Below are positions 1 through 7,134 of a DNA stretch of 42,974 nucleotides, piece by piece (within the stretch, counting starts at the first letter, position 1; each line of letters starts with the position of its first letter). This DNA is from a virus (taxonomy: Duplodnaviria; Caudoviricetes): the IMG/VR virus record IMGVR_UViG_3300033067_000747, positions 1 through 42,974 of that record; one strand, given 5' to 3'. Below the pieces are notes generated by a model, which saw only the letters and a program-made list of their open reading frames with translations, did not search any database and had not been told where the DNA came from. Position numbers and translations under genes: made by a program.

Positions 1-391
1 TCGCACTTCCGTCGACGTAGATGTAACCGCCAACCGAGGTCAGTGCAGGAGCATCAAGCTTCGCACTTCCGTCGACGTAGATGTAACCGCCAACCGAGGT
101 CAGTGCAGGAGCATCAAGCTTCGCACTTCCGTCGACGTAGATGTAACCGCCAACCGAGGTCAGTGCAGGAGCATCAAGCTTCGCACTTCCGTCGACGTAG
201 ATGTAACCGCCAACCGAGGTCAGTGCAGGAGCATCAAGCTTCGCACTTCCGTCGACGCGGAGGTCACCGCCAACCGAGGTCAGTGCATCAAGCTTCGCAC
301 TTCCGTCGACGCGGAGGTCACCGCCAACCGAGGTCAGTGCAGGAGCATCAAGCTTCGCACTTCCGTCGACGCGGAGGTCACCGCCAACCGA
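1..391. repeat. Coding tandem repeat of 60-nt and 54-nt units
   Basis: Four identical 60-nt units (1-240), then a 54-nt variant, a 60-nt variant and a partial unit. Encodes KLD(AP)ALTSVGG[YIY/DLR]VDGSA on the minus strand. Confidence 0.97.
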
Positions 392-502
392 CGTGAGGTT
401 TTTTGCCGACGCCTCCCCTTCAATCATAATCTCTAAATTTCCATCTATTTCCACGCCAAGCGCGTCTAGTTCTGCCTGTGTTTTTACGATAATTGTGGCC
501 AT
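1..502 (-). CDS. Tandem-repeat beta-solenoid-like protein (LRR/L-domain-like), N-terminal part, runs off the window start
   Basis: ATG at 502 with GGGAG RBS. Hand translation gives MATIIVKTQAELDALGVEIDGNLEIMIEGEASAKNLTSVGGDLRVDGSAKLDAPALTSVGG..., open to position 1. Absent from the ORF track because there is no stop in the window. Confidence 0.85.
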   Translation of the reverse strand, partial: MATIIVKTQAELDALGVEIDGNLEIMIEGEASAKNLTSVGGDLRVDGSAKLDAPALTSVGGDLRVDGSAKLDALTSVGGDLRVDGSAKLDAPALTSVGGYIYVDGSAKLDAPALTSVGGYIYVDGSAKLDAPALTSVGGYIYVDGSAKLDAPALTSVGGYIYVDGSA

Positions 503-591
503 TAGATCACTCCCATAAAGCTACATACGATTAGTAAAAGAATTCCCAGCCAACAGGCGGCGCTCTTTAGTTCTTCGGTAAAGCTATTCAT
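502..591 (-). CDS. Putative 29-aa single-TM micro-protein
   Basis: MNSFTEELKSAACWLGILLLIVCSFMGVI. ATGA overlap with the upstream gene and TAATG overlap with the downstream gene. Confidence 0.55.
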   Translation of the reverse strand: MNSFTEELKSAACWLGILLLIVCSFMGVI

Positions 592-1061
592 TTGATCTCC
601 GGGTGAGTAAGAATCAGTTTTCCTTTTTGGAACGGGTGCGGTGTCACAGTCCAATCCCTTTCATCGATCGCTTGAGCTACTCCAGGGAATGCCGAGATCA
701 TGTAGTCCCAGCCCTCTCGGTGCTGAAGCTTGTGGCACTCTCGGCAGAGTGGAATCATGGCGCTTGGATGATCGGACTGAGTTACATTCCACGTCCTTAG
801 GTGCGCCGGATCTACTGGGTTCCAATCAGTGCCTCGAGTTCCGCAAGCGCAGCAGGGCTCGGCCTTCGTTTCTTTGCGGACGTTATAGTCTTTCCGAGAT
901 TCCGACCCTCGTTGATGCTTTGGCTCTTTGCCTTCAAACTTAGTCGTCGATGAAAATTGCGTGAAGCCAATGAGCCTGTGACGTTTACCGACTGGGCAAG
1001 CTTTCGCCTTGTTGTGGTGGAGAAGCTGCTTCTTGCAATGAATGCACTTAGGCCCGATCAC
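588..1061 (-). CDS. HNH-like zinc-binding nuclease (Ref/DUF968-like)
   Basis: PCCACG...DPAHLR...IPLCRECHKLQH pattern. Confidence 0.7.
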   Translation of the reverse strand: MIGPKCIHCKKQLLHHNKAKACPVGKRHRLIGFTQFSSTTKFEGKEPKHQRGSESRKDYNVRKETKAEPCCACGTRGTDWNPVDPAHLRTWNVTQSDHPSAMIPLCRECHKLQHREGWDYMISAFPGVAQAIDERDWTVTPHPFQKGKLILTHPEIK

Positions 1062-1177
1062 TTGGTCACCAAAGATATGGAATCAACGTATCCGTGACGA
1101 TTGTGAAAGGATCGGTATGCTTTCCACATTGACAGCCAAAGAAGAATAGCGGTGATGAATGCGGCTACCGTTTTCAT
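1058..1177 (-). CDS. Putative 39-aa membrane micro-protein
   Basis: MKTVAAFITAILLWLSMWKAYRS..., with 4-nt overlaps with both neighbours. Confidence 0.5.
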   Translation of the reverse strand: MKTVAAFITAILLWLSMWKAYRSFHNRHGYVDSISLVTK

Positions 1178-1476
1178 AGCAAAGCACTCCGCGCGAATCC
1201 GCTCTTGATCTTCTTCTCCACGTTCTCCAAGAATTTCCCCATGTCCTTTTTAGCGTCAGACTCACAGGTAAATAGCCTTGGTGTATTGAGCTTGTGAGAT
1301 TCGTAGGTGTGCATAACGATCGGCATTCTCTGCTGATCCATCGTCATGACCTCGATCGTCCAGCCGTGCCATATCTTCTTGTCTTTCTTTGCGGGGAAAG
1401 ACCAGAGCGTGGCCTTCAGCCTGGGCGTCATCATCCCGACTAGCTGATTCATGGGAATATTTGTGGGCATTTTCAT
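1174..1476 (-). CDS. Hypothetical phage protein
   Basis: 100-aa ORF with ATGA overlaps on both sides. Confidence 0.65.
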   Translation of the reverse strand: MKMPTNIPMNQLVGMMTPRLKATLWSFPAKKDKKIWHGWTIEVMTMDQQRMPIVMHTYESHKLNTPRLFTCESDAKKDMGKFLENVEKKIKSGFARSALL

Positions 1477-1661
1477 GTTTCACCTAGAACTTCCACGCCA
1501 GTCGCTTTGCAGAATGTTGGCGGATTCGGTTCCCCGTTCTCTGCTTCTTCGTCATTGAGCTCCCAGTGCTTGTTATAGATCGCGCAGTACTGATCGCCGT
1601 CTTCCGTTTCGGAATGGAATCGGCAGCTATGGCAATCGCCAGTACTAATTTCAATTCTCAT
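1473..1661 (-). CDS. Small Cys-containing hypothetical protein
   Basis: CxxC...C...C pattern, GAGGGAG RBS, coupled to neighbours. Confidence 0.6.
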   Translation of the reverse strand: MRIEISTGDCHSCRFHSETEDGDQYCAIYNKHWELNDEEAENGEPNPPTFCKATGVEVLGET

Positions 1662-2104
1662 GCTCCCTCTCGTTTCTTTGGATCGTAGGGAAGGTCCCTA
1701 AAGTTTGAATCCATCGGAGCTCGGAATGCCCGGCGCCCTTGGTTGTATTTATTTTGAATTTTTGCGACCGATGCCGGGTGCATCGAGACGCCAGCCTGGC
1801 AAGTGCACGCCGTAACCGTGTCGCCCAAGAAGCCGTAACCGAAATCTCGGCACGCTTCGCAAGCGAACACTGGATCCGCCAGAGTCGGCTTATCACCCGC
1901 TCCAAGCCGATCATCAAGCCACTCGAGAATCGCCGCCGGCTGTGGCATGCGAAGTACGATCACGTCGATAGCGGTCTTGAAGTCTCCCGCCTCACAGTGC
2001 TTGTACCGATTCCAAAGCGGCTGCTCCCGTTCTTTCGGGAAAACTCGATCGCCGTAAGCTCCGCGAAGAAGCAAAAAGCCTTTTGCAAAATCAGCCAGTT
2101 CCAT
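1658..2104 (-). CDS. Replication accessory protein (helicase-loader-like) with zinc knuckle
   Basis: Directly follows the initiator. CEACRDFGY...CTC resembles the DnaC/IstB-type Zn motif. Start revised to MELADF at 2104. Confidence 0.55.
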   Translation of the reverse strand: MELADFAKGFLLLRGAYGDRVFPKEREQPLWNRYKHCEAGDFKTAIDVIVLRMPQPAAILEWLDDRLGAGDKPTLADPVFACEACRDFGYGFLGDTVTACTCQAGVSMHPASVAKIQNKYNQGRRAFRAPMDSNFRDLPYDPKKREGA

Positions 2105-2921
2105 TTTTTTTCCGCTCCTCTTCTTCGCGAACTTTCTTCTTCCACTCGGGCTCTTCGCCAACCGACGGATCTACGCCCGTCTGGGCTGCCATACTGATCT
2201 TCGGAAGGTCCCGAAAGAACAGACTCAACGGGTGCTTTTGGGATTCGAAGAGCGCGTCTTTCATCGCGAGGTAGGCGGCGAAAAGAATCTCGAGCTGCGC
2301 GCCAGAGTAATTCTTCTCGAGATTCACCAGCATGCCGGTGTCTTTCTTCGGGAAGAGTGCGTAGCGAACGCCGTATTTCCGGTGGTAAGCTTCCATCCAA
2401 AGCGCGACTGCATTTTTGCCAGGCTTTGACGCGTTCGCTGGAAGCGAATCGCCCGAATACGTAGTATTCGGAATTACAGAGTTAGAGTTAGAGTAAGAGT
2501 AAGAGGTTTCGGTAGGGTTTTTCTGGCTTCGGTTTGGCTTCGGTTTGGCTTCGGTATTTTCGTCACTTTTCTGATTCTGTTTCAGGTTTGCGAGCTTCTT
2601 GGGAGACTTCGATCGTCCACCTTTAGCTCCATTCTTGGCCTGTTTTTCGAGGAAAGAGCAGTGATCTGCACTACCAGCCACATAAATTACCCTGCCATTC
2701 TCACGGGTTTCTTCTTTCGCAAACCCATGCCGAAGCAGTGGCTCTAAATTAGTGGGCCATTTCTCGATTGGCACCGCTTTGTGCGAAATCCAGAACTTCT
2801 GCGCAAGTTCCCACGCAACGAGCAGCATGCCGCGTGTTTTGTACTGGCAGCCCACCTCGAGCAGCAGGTCCTGGTAGCTTTGCTCTTTGTAAACTTCGGC
2901 GTGGAAATTAGTTCTGGCCAT
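2091..2921 (-). CDS. Phage replication initiator (lambda O-like / replisome organiser)
   Basis: NGAKGGR motif, low-complexity linker ending SYSYSNSNS, internal direct repeats. AAGGAG RBS before ATG 2921. Confidence 0.7.
   Translation of the reverse strand: MARTNFHAEVYKEQSYQDLLLEVGCQYKTRGMLLVAWELAQKFWISHKAVPIEKWPTNLEPLLRHGFAKEETRENGRVIYVAGSADHCSFLEKQAKNGAKGGRSKSPKKLANLKQNQKSDENTEAKPKPNRSQKNPTETSYSYSNSNSVIPNTTYSGDSLPANASKPGKNAVALWMEAYHRKYGVRYALFPKKDTGMLVNLEKNYSGAQLEILFAAYLAMKDALFESQKHPLSLFFRDLPKISMAAQTGVDPSVGEEPEWKKKVREEEERKKNGTG
2524..2556. repeat. Three 11-bp direct repeats TGGCTTCGGT(T/A), candidate origin iterons
   Basis: Copies at 2524, 2535 and 2546. The period is not a multiple of 3 and they lie inside the initiator gene. 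Confidence 0.55.
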
Positions 2922-3915
2922 TAGGCGACTCCTTTGAGGTCGAGTAACCGGGTGAATGCCGTCCGCGCTTGGCGCCGAACCACTGCGTTGCCAAGGCATC
3001 TAAGCTTGTCCACCCTATTGGATAGCCCATCATCACCTCGACGAAGTGCGGGTTTAGGAATCCCGCATGGCCATTCCCTGCCACTGCCACTGAGGGCGAC
3101 AACTTTCCATGCGGCTTCGGTGTCAAGCCATCTTTCCAATCTCTCGCCCTCGGAGTCGGCCAAGATTTCGCAGCGCCCGTTAGAGTCGCTCGTTCTTTCC
3201 CCTTCACGCCCCGATCGCGCTGATAATCTCCCGTCTCGTGAGCTCGGGGAGTGGGCCACATGAGAGCCATCGCGACTAAACTCGGAGCTCCGTGCTGGCC
3301 CTGATTCGGTCCCCCCTTTTCTCCATCCGAAGCCCTCGGAGTCGGCCAGCGGCCTGATCTCGCCATCTGCGGGAGGGATTCCTTCGGAGCGCCCTTCTTG
3401 TTGTTGTTCTGAGAGCCGCAATCCTCCGCTAGCGGAGTGGGCAAGTAGGAACCAACGTTCTCTAAGGTGTGGGGCTCCCACTTCAGCGGCTGAGACAATT
3501 GTCCAGCGCGTGTCATACCCCAGCGCAGTGAACTCCAAGAGAACTCGGTCAAGCCCCCGAACAGTGAGAGCTGGGACGTTTTCCAAGAAAACGAATCTTG
3601 GTCGAAGATCGCGAGTGAGTCTGATAATTTCGAAGAACAAACCGGATCGCTCGCCACCCAAGCCGATTCCATTTCCTGCAACGCTGATGTCCTGGCAGGG
3701 GAAGCCTCCAGTAATGATGTCGATACTGCCCAGGAGGTGAGCTCCGAGAGTGCACACGTCATCCCAGATGGGCGCTCGATGAAGCAAACCTTCGCGCATT
3801 CTTGAAAGTAGAACGCCTTGTGCGTATCGCTCGCGTTCGCAATACGCGACGGTTCGAACCCAGGGATCGAGAGCGAGGGAGATTCCTCCGATTCCGCTAA
3901 ATAGATCCAACCCAT
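2908..3915 (-). CDS. Overlapping-frame partner (beta-type subunit) of the C5 methyltransferase
   Basis: 335-aa open frame over the dcm-like gene. Carries (L/W)PTP repeats and a motif-IX-like segment LNPHFVEVMMGYPIGWT. Confidence 0.65.
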   Translation of the reverse strand: MGWIYLAESEESPSLSIPGFEPSRIANASDTHKAFYFQECAKVCFIERPSGMTCALSELTSWAVSTSLLEASPARTSALQEMESAWVASDPVCSSKLSDSLAIFDQDSFSWKTSQLSLFGGLTEFSWSSLRWGMTRAGQLSQPLKWEPHTLENVGSYLPTPLAEDCGSQNNNKKGAPKESLPQMARSGRWPTPRASDGEKGGPNQGQHGAPSLVAMALMWPTPRAHETGDYQRDRGVKGKERATLTGAAKSWPTPRARDWKDGLTPKPHGKLSPSVAVAGNGHAGFLNPHFVEVMMGYPIGWTSLDALATQWFGAKRGRHSPGYSTSKESPNGQN

Positions 3916-3922
3916 TCAGCAT
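2921..3922 (-). CDS. dcm: DNA (cytosine-5)-methyltransferase, alpha-type subunit
   Basis: Motif I LDLFSGIGG, IV GGFPCQDIS, VI ENV, VIII GAPHLRERWF, X LGNAVV. Start taken as ATG 3922. Confidence 0.92.
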   Translation of the reverse strand: MLNGLDLFSGIGGISLALDPWVRTVAYCERERYAQGVLLSRMREGLLHRAPIWDDVCTLGAHLLGSIDIITGGFPCQDISVAGNGIGLGGERSGLFFEIIRLTRDLRPRFVFLENVPALTVRGLDRVLLEFTALGYDTRWTIVSAAEVGAPHLRERWFLLAHSASGGLRLSEQQQEGRSEGIPPADGEIRPLADSEGFGWRKGGTESGPARSSEFSRDGSHVAHSPSSRDGRLSARSGREGERTSDSNGRCEILADSEGERLERWLDTEAAWKVVALSGSGREWPCGIPKPALRRGDDGLSNRVDKLRCLGNAVVRRQARTAFTRLLDLKGVA

Positions 3923-4398
3923 TCCCCACGCTCTGAATGGGGGGGGGGTAGTCGCTTTTTCAGCATGACCCAATAGGTTTGAGATCCGGGGCCGTCCTTG
4001 GTGAGATGCCCGAAGAGCGGTTCCCACTGGCGCATCAAGGTGAGAATCTTTCTTAGTGGCATATCGTGGTTGTTCCACTTGAAAGCCATCAGCGCGTTCT
4101 TCTTTCCGATGCGGTGGGCTTCGCGCGCAGTCTTCTCGATCGTATCGAGAATCGTTGCGGTCGTGTGGTAGCCGTAGACGCGGCTCATGTTCGAGTTCTT
4201 GCCGCAATTCATGTGAGGCGGATCGAACACGAATAGATCGAATTTCTTCTTGCCGACCTTTCCACGGAGATCTCTAGTATCGGCCACGATCGTGGGCTTT
4301 ACCTCTTCTCGGCGGTCAACGTAGGTGGCAAACGGATGATTCTTGTCGAACCATATCGCCCGATTACCAGCGCTTAGATCTAGTATCTTCACGCTCAC
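3916..4398 (-). CDS. Small SAM-dependent (amino-type) methyltransferase
   Basis: ILDLSAGNR SAM-binding motif and FDPPH catalytic-type motif. Confidence 0.82.
   Translation of the reverse strand: MSVKILDLSAGNRAIWFDKNHPFATYVDRREEVKPTIVADTRDLRGKVGKKKFDLFVFDPPHMNCGKNSNMSRVYGYHTTATILDTIEKTAREAHRIGKKNALMAFKWNNHDMPLRKILTLMRQWEPLFGHLTKDGPGSQTYWVMLKKRLPPPHSERGEC
3939..3948 (-). repeat. C10 homopolymer (G10 on the plus strand)
   Basis: Ten consecutive G in the 3' end of the small MTase gene, 16 nt before the C5-MTase start codon. Confidence 0.9.
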
Positions 4399-4433
4399 GC
4401 GCTCCTTGCGGAACGGCTTCCGCTGCGGCGTGA

Positions 4434-4462
4434 CTTCAAACCAAAATCAAACCGTTTTGAAT
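4434..4462. promoter_or_regulatory. Candidate integrase arm-type site, copy 1
   Basis: CTTCAAACCAAAATCAAACCGTTTTGAAT, 27/29 identical to 4689-4717, contains tandem TCAAACC. Confidence 0.65.
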
Positions 4463-4579
4463 CAGATCTGCGTATGACGTGGGTAAGTTTTGCCTCGAAG
4501 CCATCCCACTGCACACGCGTGACAAGTTCCCGTCCTTCAGGAATTTCGAGAACTTGAATGTGTTTTGGGATACGAAGAG

Positions 4580-4627
4580 TGGTGGGCGCTGCAGGGGTCG
4601 AACCTGCGACATCCACCTTGTAAGGGT
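4580..4627 (-). other. attP core: 3' half of tRNA-Val(TAC)
   Basis: Minus strand reads ACCCTTACAAGGTGGATGTCGCAGGTTCGACCCCTGCAGCGCCCACCA (anticodon loop, T-arm, 3' acceptor strand, CCA). No D-arm or 5' acceptor strand upstream. About 0.6 kb downstream of the integrase. Confidence 0.88.
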
Positions 4628-4688
4628 TACGTTTCCTTGCTCTCTTACCATTGTTATTATTGCGTTTCTTCATCATATTGCATTGCCC

Positions 4689-4717
4689 CTTCAAACCAAA
4701 ATCAAACCATTCTGAAT
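4689..4717. promoter_or_regulatory. Candidate integrase arm-type site, copy 2
   Basis: CTTCAAACCAAAATCAAACCATTCTGAAT, a direct repeat of 4434-4462 on the other side of the att core. Confidence 0.65.
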
Positions 4718-4721
4718 ATGT

Positions 4722-4913
4722 TTAGCGATAGTCGTCAGCAGTTTTAGGAATTGCGCTCTCCGGAAACGTTACTTTCACTAGCGCGCTCGCTTCCTTTAAT
4801 TGGAGTATTCGGACCATGAGCGCGAAGAAGGCGATCGCATAGTCTGGGTTCTTTTTCGAAAGCTCTTCCATTGCTTTCATGGCCGCGTCTTCGAAGTTCA
4901 CTTGGACATCCAT
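4722..4913 (-). CDS. Hypothetical protein
   Basis: 63-aa ORF in operon context. Confidence 0.5.
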   Translation of the reverse strand: MDVQVNFEDAAMKAMEELSKKNPDYAIAFFALMVRILQLKEASALVKVTFPESAIPKTADDYR

Positions 4914-5251
4914 TCACCAATAGGTGCCGCCGCCGCGTAGCCTGGAAAGACGTAAGTCCACTTAGAATTATTAGTGCAATGATCATCACGGTAAAAACGT
5001 GAATCGCACCCATGGATAAGACCCGCTATAAACGTGCACAAGTTTATCAGCACCCAGATCGCTAACAATGTTTGAGCGAAGTTAAGCGGCCATTCGGCGT
5101 CATCTTCACCACGTTCAAAGCGAGCGCCTTCTCTAAAGATCTCGCGTGATTCCTCATCATCAAAGCGCTCTTTAGCTTCTTTGTCTGCTTCTTCGGCAGG
5201 AGAAAGGGATCTTTCGTGTGTCGTAATAATTGGCGTTGGTGTGATGATCAT
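4898..5251 (-). CDS. Hypothetical membrane protein
   Basis: One hydrophobic segment, ATGA overlap with the integrase stop. Confidence 0.6.
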   Translation of the reverse strand: MIITPTPIITTHERSLSPAEEADKEAKERFDDEESREIFREGARFERGEDDAEWPLNFAQTLLAIWVLINLCTFIAGLIHGCDSRFYRDDHCTNNSKWTYVFPGYAAAAPIGEWMSK

Positions 5252-6396
5252 TTTTTCCCCAATATAGATATGGCCTGGCTGACGGACTTCGTCTTCTCAG
5301 CCGTTGAATGAAGGTAAATTCTCTGAATCGTTTGCATGGAGACGCCGGCGAACTCTGAAACGAGCAGCGGGTTCATCTTCTTATCGAGCAGCATGTGAGA
5401 GATGGACGAGTGTCGAAGGTCGTGCCAGCGGGCCCAGTGTGGAAAAGCTGGATTGATCGGGGCGACCCCCTTCTTCTCATCACCTTCCGTAACCATTCGC
5501 TTAGCTCGAGCCCATGCGGTGGCATTCCAATCAACTGGCCCCTTCCCCGTAGGGGAGGGGAATACCGAATTAGATTCAGGGAAGTCTTTCTTGCCGCAAG
5601 CCTTCGCCCACCTTGCCCGCAGCCGCTCTATCGCGTGCTCCGATGCCACAAAGGTGCGCCCCCGCCCCGTCTTCGAGCCCGTCTTCACATCCTGTGCGCG
5701 TAGCGTGATCTCTCCGCTCTCGAGATCAATGCGCTCCCAAGTTAGGTAGAGCACTTCACGAAGGCGCATGCAGTTCTCGTAAGCAAGGACGAGCTGATCG
5801 CGGGTGTCGTCATTCATCACTGACCAGAGTTCCCGGATGTTCTGAGGCGACAGCACCGTACCCGTGATCTTCTTTGGATCTGGGTTCGGCAGAGTTATCA
5901 GGTGCGAGATATACTTCTGCTCATAGGCGTATCGAATCAAGATGTTCATGTGCTTGGCGTAGTCCCAGAACGTCTTTCGATTCTTCTTCTTTTTAAATCC
6001 CACAAGCCACCGTGACCATGTATCGATAGTGACGCGATCAATAGGCATGTGCCCGAGCTCCGAGCCCAGCTCTTTAAAGTAGGCTGTGCGGTTTTCTTGC
6101 GTGCCTGAGCGGAGACCTGGGGTTTCTGTGCGCTGGATTTCTTCAATCACCCTCGAAACGGTGCGGGCCTGGCCTGGTTTCGTTTGGCCATGCTCGTGCT
6201 CGTTGATGTGGTCTATGATCATGCCAGCGACTAGCTTCTTGGCGCGCTTGAAATCCTTTTCCCGCGTGGTCTTAAACAACATGGGAATGCGACGGTGACG
6301 GAATTGCTTCGTCACATAATAAATACCGCTCTCCACATTAAGAGAGAGATCGGACCCCGGCACTGCGCAGAATCTCTTATCCTTCTCAGGAGGCAT
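5248..6396 (-). CDS. int: Tyrosine integrase
   Basis: MRLRE (catalytic R), K in DVKTG, HDLRH, C-terminal Y (IQRIYLH), 382 aa. Confidence 0.93.
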   Translation of the reverse strand: MPPEKDKRFCAVPGSDLSLNVESGIYYVTKQFRHRRIPMLFKTTREKDFKRAKKLVAGMIIDHINEHEHGQTKPGQARTVSRVIEEIQRTETPGLRSGTQENRTAYFKELGSELGHMPIDRVTIDTWSRWLVGFKKKKNRKTFWDYAKHMNILIRYAYEQKYISHLITLPNPDPKKITGTVLSPQNIRELWSVMNDDTRDQLVLAYENCMRLREVLYLTWERIDLESGEITLRAQDVKTGSKTGRGRTFVASEHAIERLRARWAKACGKKDFPESNSVFPSPTGKGPVDWNATAWARAKRMVTEGDEKKGVAPINPAFPHWARWHDLRHSSISHMLLDKKMNPLLVSEFAGVSMQTIQRIYLHSTAEKTKSVSQAISILGKK

Positions 6397-6607
6397 TACT
6401 TACTTCCTTCTGATAGGTGACTTTGAGATCTTTCTTGGCCCATATCACAAAGAGTTCTTTAGGGAACCAGTAAACGCCACGCGCGGGGCACTGGTAGGGT
6501 GGATGATCAGCGCCCCTATATATGCGCTGCCGAAGTGTCTCGGTTGTGATGCCTAAGATGTCGGCCATTTCCATTTCGCCATAGCAGTAGCTTTTGAAAT
6601 CGTCCAT
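6386..6607 (-). CDS. Excisionase / AlpA-like winged-helix protein
   Basis: EMADILGITTETLRQRIYRG...PP...GVYWF, directly upstream of int. Start revised to 6607. Confidence 0.75.
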   Translation of the reverse strand: MDDFKSYCYGEMEMADILGITTETLRQRIYRGADHPPYQCPARGVYWFPKELFVIWAKKDLKVTYQKEVSNAS

Positions 6608-6825
6608 GTTCCCCCCGGAACTGAAGAGAGAGTCTCGGCTCCAAGGATATCGGGGCAACCGAATCCCCAAAGCAGGTGACCCCCTTGAAACTCTCTCAAA
6701 AAGATCGGCGATGTCGTTCGCCCTACCTGACCCCTGGGAGGACAAGCCGAGACCCATCGCCGATCCATTTCAAAACTCGATAAGGCTCGAGCAGGCCATC
6801 CGATATTGGGAACTTGTGGAGGGGA

Positions 6826-7134
6826 CTAAAGCGGGTAACAGGAATCAACAAACGCGAAATCTTTGGGCGCAAGCCTTCGAGCCCACGTCTCTTTAACCTT
6901 TAAGCTGTGCTTCATTCGCCACGCGGCCGTTCCTTTAATGCAGCCGCATGACTTCGAATGCCCGGAGGTAAGGCGACCGGATCGAATGATCTTGAGCTTT
7001 CCGCAATCACAGCGGCTCCTCCAATGAATCATTCCCGGCTTGAGACCCAGTAAAGATCTCTCCATCTCAGTGAGAGCGCTCACCGCAGTAAGGCGCCCAA
7101 ACCTCTTGCCCGATAAATCAACTACGGCTCCCAC
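6826..7134 (-). CDS. Stand-alone domain related to the N-terminus of HNH/AP2 homing endonucleases
   Basis: DLSGKRFGRLT...WRSRCDCG...LTSGHSKSCGC with no nuclease domain following. AAGGAG RBS before GTG 7134. Confidence 0.7.
   Translation of the reverse strand: MGAVVDLSGKRFGRLTAVSALTEMERSLLGLKPGMIHWRSRCDCGKLKIIRSGRLTSGHSKSCGCIKGTAAWRMKHSLKVKETWARRLAPKDFAFVDSCYPL

Noticed and set aside
1-391. CRISPR array
   Set aside because: Units are contiguous with no unique spacers, lengths are multiples of 3, they encode a sensible repeat protein, and there are no cas genes.
43-396. Plus-strand 117-aa Arg/Gln-rich ORF
   Set aside because: It is the antisense shadow of the repeat gene. The minus frame has the RBS, operon context and C-terminal domain.
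3923-4207. 95-aa N-terminal extension of the C5 MTase in the ORF track
   Set aside because: It overlaps the small MTase gene, and motif I begins right after ATG 3922.
4580-4660. Intact tRNA-Val gene
   Set aside because: The 5' acceptor strand and D-arm are absent, so it is treated as the attP core.
4395-4694. 99-aa ORF across attP
   Set aside because: It runs through the tRNA fragment and arm repeats with no recognisable motif. It is not fully excluded, since its stop overlaps the MTase start.
6826-7134. Active homing endonuclease or intron
   Set aside because: Only the N-terminal Cys-containing domain is present, with no HNH or AP2 domain and no interrupted gene.
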